Assembly (NCBI GenBank): GCA_963761335.1
Contig: CAVXGR010000018.1
Span: 480,001-544,000, forward strand
Origin: an uncultured delta proteobacterium
GTDB taxonomy: Bacteria; Desulfobacterota; Binatia; HRBIN30; BPIQ01
DNA: 64,000 nucleotides
Direction: 5' to 3'
A program made the translations under genes and the position numbers. This document shows, one piece after another, positions 29,562 through 38,651 of the stretch (within the stretch, counting starts at the first letter, position 1; the number at the start of each line of letters is the position of its first letter). The notes under the pieces were generated by a model. It had not been told where the DNA came from and searched no databases. It saw only the letters and a program-made list of their open reading frames with translations.

Positions 29562-30392
29562 TCAGTCTCGCGCCTTTGCTTCCTTTGCCCGAGTGGCGTC
29601 CACTGCCTTGCTTTCCGTCCGGCGCGAGGCCGCCGTGCCGGCATAGGCGCCGCGGGCATCCGCCAGGCGTATGCGCACCAGGTCGCGCAGCCCGCGCAGG
29701 GAGTCCTTGAGCATGTTGACCCGGCGGGTGCGCTGGTAGTCCCATTCCACCGGCACCTCTTTGATGCGATAGCCCAGCTTCTCGGCCACGTAGAGCACTT
29801 CCACATCGAAGCCGGAGGTGACGGTGGCGCCGCGCACCTCGCGGCTGGCGTCGATTCCGTACAGATGGAGGTGGCGCAGGATGTCGGTGGCCGATTCGCG
29901 GCGGAAGGCCTTGAAGCCGCACTGCGTATCGGTGACTCCCTGGAACCCGAGGATCAGGTTGCGCAGGAGAATCTGGCACCGCGACATCAACTTGCGCCAG
30001 CGGGGGGCGTGGCGGCGGACCGTTCCCCGCGACCCGATCACCACGTCGAAGCCGCGCTCCATCCAGGGGAGAAGCTGCTCCGACTCACTCAGCGGCGTCG
30101 CCTGATCCATGTCGGTGAAGAGGACCAGGTCGCCTTCAGCCGCAAGCATACCCGTGGCCACCGTGTATGCCTTGCCGCGATGGGGATTGCGGATGACCCG
30201 CAAGCTCGGGTGGGCACGGGCGAACTCCTCGGCGGCAGCTACCGTGGCGTCCTCGCTGCCATCGTCGACGACCAGGATCTCGTAGTTGTACGGCTGCGAG
30301 GCCAGGTACGTGGTCGCCTTCTCGAGCGCCCCGGCACGGATGTTTCCCGCTTCGTTGTAGGCGGGGATGACGACGGAGAGGTGGGGTCTCAT
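29562..30392 (-). CDS. GT2 glycosyltransferase (dolichyl-phosphate beta-glucosyltransferase-like)
   Basis: Motifs SVVIPAYNE, VDDGSED, GKA, FTDMD, DTQCGFK and FDVEVL. Confidence 0.92.
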   Translation of the reverse strand: MRPHLSVVIPAYNEAGNIRAGALEKATTYLASQPYNYEILVVDDGSEDATVAAAEEFARAHPSLRVIRNPHRGKAYTVATGMLAAEGDLVLFTDMDQATPLSESEQLLPWMERGFDVVIGSRGTVRRHAPRWRKLMSRCQILLRNLILGFQGVTDTQCGFKAFRRESATDILRHLHLYGIDASREVRGATVTSGFDVEVLYVAEKLGYRIKEVPVEWDYQRTRRVNMLKDSLRGLRDLVRIRLADARGAYAGTAASRRTESKAVDATRAKEAKARD

Positions 30393-30519
30393 CGGCGACT
30401 CGGAGCGACGGCGGGCCGCCTACCATAGCCGGAGAGCGCCGGCCGTGTCCACCGCGGTTGCGGCGGTCGAGAGGATCGGCGAGGGCGCCTCGATCCGAGT
30501 CAGCGCCCCCGCCGTGGAC

Positions 30520-31737
30520 TCATTGCGCGTCGGAAGGGCGGCGTGCCCGCCGCCAAAGGAGGATCACGGCGGCGCCGAGGAGCGCCAAGCCGCCGCCACC
30601 GCCGCTGCCCACGCTGCAGCCGCTGTCTTTCACCACGACGATCGGTCCGCCCCCCGGCAGGGTGGGGCCGACACCCGGAGTCGCCGTCGCCACCGGCACG
30701 ACCGTGTCACCCGGACGCGGTGTGCGCGTGGGTGTGAATGGCGCAGTCGGACGGAAGGTGGCGCCGCGGGTCGGCGTCGGCGTGGTGATCCCTCCGGGCG
30801 TGTTGGTACGCACCGGGGTGTTGGTCGCTCCGGGTGTGGTGCCCGGCATCACGCACGACTCGCCGCTGCAGTCGGCGTCGTCGACGCAAGAGAAATCGAT
30901 GAAGTCGGCGGAGAAGCAGACGCGACCGGTGGCCTCGCAGGTGCCCCCGCCGGTGCACTGGGCGTCCCGTAGGCAACCGAATCCCTTGCTGTCACCAGCG
31001 CTGCAGATCCTCTGGCTGGCGGTGCACGGGACACCGGGGGCGCAGTCGGTATCGGACTCGCAGAAAAATCCGTCGACGTCGCCGCCGTCGCAGACGCCCT
31101 GCGCCAGCACACATGCTCCTCCCGAGCAGGCGGTGTCGTCCTGGCATTCGATGATCGTCGTCTGTCCGGGGATCGAGCAGATCGGCTGGGTGGCGACCGG
31201 CTGTCCCGGGGGAGTGCAGGAGGCGCCGCCACAGTCCGCGGTGGAGTCCACGCAGGGCGAGTGGTCGAAGTCTCCGCCGAAGCAGAACAGGCCGTTGCCG
31301 GCGCACTGGGCGCCGGCACACTGGCTGGACGCGGTGCACGGTAGGCCGCTGTCGTCGCCGCTCAGACAGACGTTCTGGGTCGGCGTGCAGGCTCCGCCGG
31401 GGCAGTCGGCGTTGGTGCCGCAGAAAGGAGAACCGTCCGCGGTCCCACCGACGCAGACGTTCTGCGTGAAGATGCAGGCGCCGCTCGGGCATTCGGAGTC
31501 GAAGAAGCATTGCTGGCCCGCGTTGGTGCCGCCGGAGCAGCGCTCCAGGAAGATGCATGAGCCGCTCGGGCAGTCCGTATCGCTGGAACATTCGTTGCCG
31601 TCATTGCTTCCCCCGCTGCAAACCTGCCCCGGTGTGGCGAGCGCCGGCCGCGGTGTGGCCGCCAGGGCGACGGCGGCGGCGACGAAGACGGTGCAGGCGA
31701 TAGCGTGGCGACGTGCGAAAAGTGCTGTGCGGCTCAT
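30520..31737 (-). CDS. Secreted Cys-rich repeat protein with a PT-rich linker and a MYXO-CTERM-like C-terminal anchor
   Basis: Signal peptide, 9 four-Cys repeats, a TPT-rich region, then DSGCSV...GLALLGAAVILLWRRARR. Confidence 0.8.
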   Translation of the reverse strand: MSRTALFARRHAIACTVFVAAAVALAATPRPALATPGQVCSGGSNDGNECSSDTDCPSGSCIFLERCSGGTNAGQQCFFDSECPSGACIFTQNVCVGGTADGSPFCGTNADCPGGACTPTQNVCLSGDDSGLPCTASSQCAGAQCAGNGLFCFGGDFDHSPCVDSTADCGGASCTPPGQPVATQPICSIPGQTTIIECQDDTACSGGACVLAQGVCDGGDVDGFFCESDTDCAPGVPCTASQRICSAGDSKGFGCLRDAQCTGGGTCEATGRVCFSADFIDFSCVDDADCSGESCVMPGTTPGATNTPVRTNTPGGITTPTPTRGATFRPTAPFTPTRTPRPGDTVVPVATATPGVGPTLPGGGPIVVVKDSGCSVGSGGGGGLALLGAAVILLWRRARRPSDAQ

Positions 31738-31812
31738 AAGTCTCCTCCCGGAATGCATCTCTCGTCGGGGCCCGATTTGTCAAGAAGAATCAAGTCAGGC
31801 GCGGGCGCGCGC

Positions 31813-33864
31813 TCACGTCCCGAGACGGCGCACCACCGAGACGATGTCCGCCGCGGACTCGATCCCGTCGTCGTTGCCGTCGGCGCCGATACAGCGGCTG
31901 CCCGGGGCATCTCTCGACACCTCGGCTGCCGGATCGAAGAGGACGTTGGCCACGGCGGCGGTGTCGTTCTCGGTGACCTGGTTGTCGCAATCGGCATCGC
32001 CCGCCGGGCTCGTCTGCAGGTAGACGGCCTGCAGGGTGTAGTGCGGCGAGCCGTCGAAGGCGATGACGGCGATGGCGAGGTCCGCCCCCGCCGAGGAGAC
32101 CACCGTGGCGAAGGTCGGATCGGTGTGTGCGTCGATGCGCACCACGTCGCGCTGGCCTTCGCCGTTCTCCGAACGGAACGGATAGTCGTCCAGGTTGTTG
32201 CTGAGCGTCGAGCCGGCGTACAGATCGGCATCGCCGTCGGTGGAGCGCAGCACCACCACCACGCCCACGGCGTCTCCCTGCGAGGGCGCCAGATAGTAGT
32301 CGGCGCTGGCGGGGGACTGCGGATCGGCCGGCGCAAACACCTGCTCCTGGAAGCTCCCTTCGAAGACGCACGGCGCCTCCAGGCTGCAGAGGCGCGGCGT
32401 GCGGCCGATGCACGCCCCGGGAAATTCCGACACGTCGAGACAGGATTGGTCGGTGGAATCGCAGTTGCAGTTTACATCCTCGACGCAGCCGAGGCCGTCG
32501 AAGGGTCCGCCGTCGCAGACGCGACCACTGGCGAAGCAGCACGGACGCGTGCCGCCATCGGAAATGCAGGCGCCACCGCCGGCTTGCGAGCCGCACTGGC
32601 TGTCGCTCAGGCAGGAGAATCCCTGCAGGTCGCCGCCGTCGCAAACCGTGAACGAGGCCTGGCAGCTTCCATTGGGACAGTCGACCTGGCTCTCGCAGAA
32701 GAAGAGGTCGCTGTCGCCGCCCACGCAGATCGGCTGGCTGAGCACACAGATGCCGGCGGGACAGTCGTCGTCGGTGCTGCAGGTGCCGCCGTTGTTGTTT
32801 CCGCCGGAGCAGACGAGGTTCTGGACGACGGCGGCGACGCAGGCTCCCGGGTCACCTTCCGCGGGTATGCAGTCGGCGTCGTCGACACAGGGAACGGGGA
32901 ACTCGACGGCACTGGGATCCTGGGCGCGCATGTCGAAGACGCCGCCGTCGCAGAACAGCCCGGTGGAGCCGCAGGTTCCGTTCGGGCACTGCCCGTCGTT
33001 CAGGCAGCCGAAGCCTTTGCTGTCCCCCGCCAGACATACCTTCTGGGTGGGCTCACAGGTGCCGCCGTTGCAGTCGGCGTTGTTGTCGCAGTCGAACCCG
33101 TCGACGCCCTCGCCGCCACCGTTGCAGACCTTGTTGGCGAGAACACAGGAGCCGCCCTCGCAGTCACCGCGCTCGATGCACGCACTGCCGTCCTGCGGGC
33201 CGCCGGAGCAGAGGAAGACGTCGGGGGACACGCAGGCGGAGCCTGCCGTGTTGTTCGGATCGCTCTCGAAGTCGATGCAGTCCTCGGTGTCGACGCACGG
33301 GTAGAGGTCGAACGACCCGCCATCCGCGGAGCTCGACACGCAAAAGAGGCCGGTGGATACGCAGCGCGCGAACCCCGGACACTGCGAGTCGTCGAGGCAC
33401 TGCAGGCCCTTGTTGTCCCCGATGCCGCAGACCTTCTGGGTCAGGGTGCAGGTGCCGCCGTTGGTGCAGTCATCGTCGGAGCCGCAGAAGATGATATCGC
33501 TGGTCATCGAGCAGACGCCCAGCGCCAAGACGCAGGCGCCGTCGGGACAGTCGACGTCAAAGCTGCACTGGAAGCCGTCGTTCTCTCCGCCGGAGCAGAG
33601 GAAGACGTCGCTCGGCTCGGGCGTCGGCGAGCCGATCGGCGTGCGGGTGGCCGTCGGGATCGGTGTGGGGCGGAAGACCGTCGGCGTGAAGCCGGGGCCG
33701 GCCTCGGCGACCATGGGCGCCAGGAGACCCGCGGGGCGCAGCTGTATGCCGGCCGCGAGGAATGCGGCCACGGCGAGGATCAGGAGCAGGGGCCGGCGGA
33801 GCCGGAGCGGAGGGGCCTTTTGAAATGGGTGGCGCGGCACAAGTTCAGCAGACGAGTCTCGCAT
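31813..33864 (-). CDS. Secreted Cys-rich repeat protein with a PPC-like beta domain and a C-terminal dockerin-like domain
   Basis: Signal/TM segment, PT linker, 12 four-Cys repeats, 'GDADLY', then two loops GDADCDNQVTEND and ADGNDDGIESAAD. Start uncertain. Confidence 0.75.
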   Translation of the reverse strand: MRDSSAELVPRHPFQKAPPLRLRRPLLLILAVAAFLAAGIQLRPAGLLAPMVAEAGPGFTPTVFRPTPIPTATRTPIGSPTPEPSDVFLCSGGENDGFQCSFDVDCPDGACVLALGVCSMTSDIIFCGSDDDCTNGGTCTLTQKVCGIGDNKGLQCLDDSQCPGFARCVSTGLFCVSSSADGGSFDLYPCVDTEDCIDFESDPNNTAGSACVSPDVFLCSGGPQDGSACIERGDCEGGSCVLANKVCNGGGEGVDGFDCDNNADCNGGTCEPTQKVCLAGDSKGFGCLNDGQCPNGTCGSTGLFCDGGVFDMRAQDPSAVEFPVPCVDDADCIPAEGDPGACVAAVVQNLVCSGGNNNGGTCSTDDDCPAGICVLSQPICVGGDSDLFFCESQVDCPNGSCQASFTVCDGGDLQGFSCLSDSQCGSQAGGGACISDGGTRPCCFASGRVCDGGPFDGLGCVEDVNCNCDSTDQSCLDVSEFPGACIGRTPRLCSLEAPCVFEGSFQEQVFAPADPQSPASADYYLAPSQGDAVGVVVVLRSTDGDADLYAGSTLSNNLDDYPFRSENGEGQRDVVRIDAHTDPTFATVVSSAGADLAIAVIAFDGSPHYTLQAVYLQTSPAGDADCDNQVTENDTAAVANVLFDPAAEVSRDAPGSRCIGADGNDDGIESAADIVSVVRRLGT

Positions 33865-34063
33865 CCTTAGCCGTGTTCACCGGAATGAGTCAAGGCTCGA
33901 TCGGCGGCTTTCCGACAGGCGTCGTCAGCTGCGCCGCGGGTGGCAAATGGGCTCGGCGTCGGTTAGGCTCGAAATTTGATGTCGCCATACAGCCACAATG
34001 CCGGCCGTCTGCGCGCTCGGAGGCTTGCCGCGCCGAGAGCTCGGTGGGGAGCGCCGCGGGGCC

Positions 34064-35191
34064 ATGGCTGAGGCGCCCTACCGCGTGGAGCTCGTCAAGG
34101 CGGCGGGTGGCGGCGCCGACATTCGCCTGGCCGGGCGGCTGTCCTTCCGCGAGTCCACGGCCCTGTGGAGGGAGCTCCATCGGCTGCTGCGCAACCCGGC
34201 GCCCGTGGTTCGCTTCGACGTCTCCGCGGTCGAGCAGATCGACGGCGGCGCCGCGGCGCTGCTGGTCGAGTCCAAGGCCGACGCCGAGCGCCGCGGCGCC
34301 CGCGCCGAGATCGTCGGCGCCAGCGGCCGGGTTGCCGAGATGATCGAGCTCTACGACCGCTTCGCCGGCCAGCGCCAGGCGATCCGGGTGGTGCACATCG
34401 GCATCCTCGATCAGATCGGCCGCTTTGCGACGGCCTTCGTCTTCGAGTTCCGCGACGCCTTCGCCTACATCGGCAACATGATCTGGGCGGTCGGCGCCGC
34501 CGTCCGCTCGCCGAGCACGGTGCAGTGGCGCGACGTCGCCTATCTGATGGAGCGCGCCGGCGCCGACGGGCTGCCCATCGTCCTGCTCATCAATTTTCTC
34601 GTCGGTCTGGTGATGGGTTTTCAAGCCGCGGTGCAGCTCAAGCAGGTGGGTGCCAACATCTTCGTCGCCGACCTGGTGGCCCTGTCGGTGACTCGCGAGC
34701 TCGGGCCGCTGATGACGGCCATCATCGTCGCCGGACGATCGGGAGCCGCCTTTGCCGCCGAGCTCGGCACCATGAGCGTGTCGGAAGAGGTGGATGCGCT
34801 GCGCACGCTCGGCTTCGACCCCTATCGCTTTCTGGTGATCCCGCGCATGGTGGCGCTGGTGATCGTGCTGCCGCTGCTCGCCCTGGTCGCCGACCTGGTG
34901 GGGATTCTCGGCGGCATGGTGGTCGCCATGGCCAGCCTCGATCTGACCGTCAACGCCTATCTCATCGAGACCCGCAAGGCGCTGGTGCTCTGGGACATCT
35001 TCTCGGGAGTGCTGAAGAGCGCCGTCTTCGCCATGGTGATCGTGCTCATCGCCTGTCAGCGGGGTCTCGCCACTCGCGGCGGTGCCGAGGGCGTCGGGCG
35101 CTCGACGACCTCGGCGGTGGTGACCATTCTCTTCCACCTGGTCGCCGTCGATGCCCTGTTCACCGTGCTCTTCCACCTGTACGGCGTGTGA
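34064..35191 (+). CDS. MlaE-family ABC permease with an N-terminal STAS domain
   Basis: Motifs RELGPLMTA, AGRSG, AELGTM, EEVDAL and VGRSTT. Confidence 0.92.
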   Translation: MAEAPYRVELVKAAGGGADIRLAGRLSFRESTALWRELHRLLRNPAPVVRFDVSAVEQIDGGAAALLVESKADAERRGARAEIVGASGRVAEMIELYDRFAGQRQAIRVVHIGILDQIGRFATAFVFEFRDAFAYIGNMIWAVGAAVRSPSTVQWRDVAYLMERAGADGLPIVLLINFLVGLVMGFQAAVQLKQVGANIFVADLVALSVTRELGPLMTAIIVAGRSGAAFAAELGTMSVSEEVDALRTLGFDPYRFLVIPRMVALVIVLPLLALVADLVGILGGMVVAMASLDLTVNAYLIETRKALVLWDIFSGVLKSAVFAMVIVLIACQRGLATRGGAEGVGRSTTSAVVTILFHLVAVDALFTVLFHLYGV

Positions 35192-35194
35192 CCG

Positions 35195-35929
35195 ATGGCG
35201 ATGATCGAGGTGAGCGATCTCAGCGTCGGCTACGGCGGCGAGCCCCTGCTGGAAAACATGAGCTTCGAGGTGCCGCCCGGGGATATCTTCGTCGTTCTCG
35301 GCGGCAGCGGCTGCGGCAAGTCGACACTCCTCAGGCACCTGATCGGACTGGAGCGGCCGATCAGCGGCGCGATCCGCATCGAGGGCGTCGGCGAGCCCGC
35401 CCTCGAGTCCGGGCCGCCGCGCTTCGGTGTGCTCTTTCAGTCCGGGGCCCTCTTCGGCTCGATGACGCTCGGACAGAACGTGGCGCTGGCGCTGGAGAAG
35501 TGGACGGACCTGCCGCAGGATGCCATCGAGGCGATCGTCTGCGCCAAGCTGCGCCTGGTGGGGTTGGACGGCTTCGAGAACCATCTTCCCGCGGAGATCT
35601 CGGGAGGCATGAAGAAGCGCGCCGGCATCGCCCGCGCCCTGGCGCTGGAGACGCCGCTGCTGTTTCTCGACGAGCCCTCGGCCGGCCTCGACCCGATCAG
35701 CTCCGTCGAGCTCGACGAGCTGATCTTGACGCTGAACGCCAGCCTGGGCATGACCACCGTCATCGTCACTCATGAGCTGCAGAGCATCTTCAAGATCGCC
35801 AAGAACTGCATCATGCTCGACAAGCAGGCCAAGGGGATCATCGCCCGCGGCGATCCGCGCGATCTGCGCGATCACAGCACCGATCCCCGCGTCGTGAACT
35901 TCTTCAACCGCAGGTCACCGGAGTCCTGA
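35195..35929 (+). CDS. MlaF-family ABC ATP-binding protein
   Basis: Motifs GGSGCGKS, FQSGALF, ISGGMKKR and DEPSAGLDP. Confidence 0.93.
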   Translation: MAMIEVSDLSVGYGGEPLLENMSFEVPPGDIFVVLGGSGCGKSTLLRHLIGLERPISGAIRIEGVGEPALESGPPRFGVLFQSGALFGSMTLGQNVALALEKWTDLPQDAIEAIVCAKLRLVGLDGFENHLPAEISGGMKKRAGIARALALETPLLFLDEPSAGLDPISSVELDELILTLNASLGMTTVIVTHELQSIFKIAKNCIMLDKQAKGIIARGDPRDLRDHSTDPRVVNFFNRRSPES

Positions 35930-35930
35930 G

Positions 35931-36887
35931 TTGGCCGCCACCGGGACCAATCGCTGGAAGCTCGGCCTCTTCGTCGTTCTCGGCGTCGCCGTCGCCCTCG
36001 GGGCGCTCATCTGGCTCGGCAACGCCCAGTTCGGACGCGAGACCTTCAGCGCGGTGACCTACTTCGACGAGTCGGTTCAGGGCCTGGACGTCGGCTCGCC
36101 GGTGAAGTTTCGCGGCGTCACCATCGGCTCGGTCACCGACATCGAGATCGCCCCGGACGGTCGCCACGTGGAGGTCACCATGGAGATCGAGAAGCCGGTT
36201 CTGCCGAAGCTGGGGATCGCCGACGTGTACACGGCGCAGGCCCAGGGCCGGGACTTCGTCCCTCCCGGACTGCGGGTGCAGCTGGTGACCGCCGGCATCA
36301 CCGGCGTCAAGTTCCTGCAGGTGGACTTCTTCGATCCCAAGAAGTACCCCGCTCCGGAGCTGCCGTTTCCGGTCCCGCCGAGCTACTTCCCGTCGGCGCC
36401 GTCGACGCTGAAGAGCCTGGAAGAGTCAGTGATGGAGACCCTCGAGAAGCTCCCGGAGCTGAGCGACACGGCGACTCGCATGCTCGCCGAGGCGCAGGTG
36501 ACCCTGATGTCGCTGCGCGAGGTCATCGAGACCCTCGGGGCCTCGAACGGCCCGCTGGTGAGTGTCCTCCACAGCGTCGAGCAGTCGTCCGCCAACCTGA
36601 GCCAGGCAGTCGAAAACGCGCGTCTCGGTGAGACCACCAAGTCGGTTCGCGAAGCCGCCTCGTCGGTGGGCTCGGCGGCGCAGACGATGAACGGCGCCGC
36701 CAAGGACATCCGCGGTCTGACCGACGAGCTTCAGGAGGATCTGGTGACCCTGCGCCGCACGCTCGACGCGGCGCGCTCCCTGGTCGATCTGCTCGAGCGC
36801 GACCCGGCGGCGCTGCTGCGCGGCCGCAGCCACAGCGCGCCGCCGCCACCGGCGCCGGCGGCGCCTGCGGAGAGCAAGCATGACTGA
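35931..36887 (+). CDS. MlaD/MCE-domain protein
   Basis: N-terminal TM, SVQGLDVGSPVKFRGVTIG and a helical tail ending LERDPAALLRG. Confidence 0.9.
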   Translation: MAATGTNRWKLGLFVVLGVAVALGALIWLGNAQFGRETFSAVTYFDESVQGLDVGSPVKFRGVTIGSVTDIEIAPDGRHVEVTMEIEKPVLPKLGIADVYTAQAQGRDFVPPGLRVQLVTAGITGVKFLQVDFFDPKKYPAPELPFPVPPSYFPSAPSTLKSLEESVMETLEKLPELSDTATRMLAEAQVTLMSLREVIETLGASNGPLVSVLHSVEQSSANLSQAVENARLGETTKSVREAASSVGSAAQTMNGAAKDIRGLTDELQEDLVTLRRTLDAARSLVDLLERDPAALLRGRSHSAPPPPAPAAPAESKHD

Positions 36888-37539
36888 GCGCCTCGCCTGC
36901 GGCGGGCGGTGCCGGCCGGGCCGCGGCGCTCTCGGGGTGGTCGCCGCGGTGGCGGCACTGCTCGTCGGCTGTACGGTGCTGCCCCAGAACAGCTACCAGC
37001 CGCCGCGCTATTTCCGGCCCGAGCTACCGGGGCTGCCGGCGGCGGAGACCCCGCCCGGGGAGTCGGCACTGCCGCTGTACCTGCGGCCGGTGACCGCGGC
37101 CGGTCACCTGCGCGAGCGCATCGTGTGGCGCACCTCCGACGTGGAGATGGGCTTCTACGATCTGCGCCGCTGGACCGATCTGCCGGCGGAGTACGTTGAA
37201 GGGGCCCTCGAGGGCTCGCTCTTCGAGAGCGGCCGGATGCGGCGCGTCGCCGGCGGCCACGGGCCGTCTCTCGACGTCGAGGTGCGCGCCTTCGACGAGG
37301 TGCTGCGGCCCGTCCACGAGGTGCGCATCTCCCTGTACGCCCAGCTTCGCGACCCGAACCACAACTCGCTCATGGAGCGCGCCTTCAGGGTCGAGCGCCC
37401 GGTTCATGGTGATGACCCCACCGAGATGGCCCGCACCATGGGAGAGGCGCTGCAGCAGATCTCCGAGGACGTGGCGCAGGCTGTTGTCGGCGTGCTGAAG
37501 CGGACCGGTGCGGGGGGAGGGCGAGGCCCGGGACGGTGA
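36880..37539 (+). CDS. ABC transport auxiliary lipoprotein (PqiC-like)
   Basis: Lipobox LVGC, RWTDLP and its position in the Mla operon. Confidence 0.8.
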   Translation: MTERLACGGRCRPGRGALGVVAAVAALLVGCTVLPQNSYQPPRYFRPELPGLPAAETPPGESALPLYLRPVTAAGHLRERIVWRTSDVEMGFYDLRRWTDLPAEYVEGALEGSLFESGRMRRVAGGHGPSLDVEVRAFDEVLRPVHEVRISLYAQLRDPNHNSLMERAFRVERPVHGDDPTEMARTMGEALQQISEDVAQAVVGVLKRTGAGGGRGPGR

Positions 37540-37574
37540 GCCTACCGAGGAGCCTCTGCGAGGAGCCTCCATCT

Positions 37575-37712
37575 TCCATTCTCATCCCCGGTTCTCATCC
37601 CGTCGTCTTCCATTTGTCCTGCAAGCCGCGGTGAAACTGATCGGCGGCGGCTTCCTCGCGGCTGTCAGAGCCAATGGAAAACGACGGGATGAGAACCGGG
37701 GATGAGAATGGA
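37575..37712. repeat. 40-bp inverted repeat with a 58-nt spacer
   Basis: Arms 37575-37614 and 37673-37712 differ by one mismatch and contain an internal TTCTCATCCC duplication. Confidence 0.9.
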
Positions 37713-37745
37713 GAACGGAGGGGATTTCTCGGGTTGCCTGCCCCC

Positions 37746-38645
37746 TCAGGCCTTCGTCCGGCTCTCCCGCAGCGCCGCGAAATCCCGGTCGGCGTGGTAC
37801 GACGAGCGCGTCAGCGGCGACGACGAGACCATCAGGAAGCCCATGCGCCGGGCGGTGTCGGCGTACTCGGCGAACTCCTGCGGCGGTACGAAGCGCGCCA
37901 CCGGGGCGTGCTCCGGCGTCGGTCGCAGGTACTGCCCGATGGTGACGAAGTCGACGCCGGCGGCGCGCAGCTCACCGAGCACTTGCAGCACCTCGTTGTG
38001 CTCTTCGCCGAGCCCGAGCATCATCCCCGACTTGGTGAAGACGGCGGCGTCGAGCTTCTTGACGCTCTCCAGCAGGCGCAGGGAGTGAAAGTAGCGGGCG
38101 CCACGACGCACCGCGGCGTAGAGGCGCGGCACCGTCTCGATGTTGTGGTTGTAGACGTCGGGCTGCGCTGCGACCACCGCCTCGGTCGCCCCGATCTTGC
38201 GCAGGAAGTCCGGGGTCAGCACCTCGATCGTCGTCTGCGGCGACCTGGCGCGAACGCTCTCGATACAGCGGACGAACTGTCCGGCGCCGCCGTCCCTCAG
38301 GTCGTCGCGATCCACGGAGGTGATGACCACGTGGCGCAGCCCGAGAGCGGCGACGGCCTCGGCGACGTGCTCGGGCTCGTGCCTATCGACAGGCTGTGGC
38401 CGGCCGGTGGCCACATTGCAGAAGGCGCAGGCGCGCGTGCAGACGCTGCCGAGGATCATCACCGTGGCATGGTGCTGCGACCAGCACTCGCCGATGTTGG
38501 GGCAGGCCGCTTCCTCGCAGACGGTGTTGAGCTGCAGGCGCCGCATGAGCTGCCGGGTCTCGCCGAACACCGGTGAGCTGGGCAGGCGGACCTTCAGCCA
38601 GGGCGGCTTGCGCGCCGGTGCCGTGCTGGTGGTGCGGTCGTCCAT
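37746..38645 (-). CDS. lipA: Lipoyl synthase
   Basis: Motifs [20 protein letters not shown] and RSSYHA. Confidence 0.97.
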   Translation of the reverse strand: MDDRTTSTAPARKPPWLKVRLPSSPVFGETRQLMRRLQLNTVCEEAACPNIGECWSQHHATVMILGSVCTRACAFCNVATGRPQPVDRHEPEHVAEAVAALGLRHVVITSVDRDDLRDGGAGQFVRCIESVRARSPQTTIEVLTPDFLRKIGATEAVVAAQPDVYNHNIETVPRLYAAVRRGARYFHSLRLLESVKKLDAAVFTKSGMMLGLGEEHNEVLQVLGELRAAGVDFVTIGQYLRPTPEHAPVARFVPPQEFAEYADTARRMGFLMVSSSPLTRSSYHADRDFAALRESRTKA

Positions 38646-38651
38646 CGGCGG

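Noticed and set aside
30520..33864. RiPP precursors or multiheme cytochromes
   Set aside because: The proteins are large and secreted, have no CxxCH motifs and have no adjacent maturases.
34064..37539. Four-gene ABC operon as the exporter of the biosynthetic cluster
   Set aside because: It is a standard Mla/Mce-type operon about 18 kb away, with no evidence of linkage.
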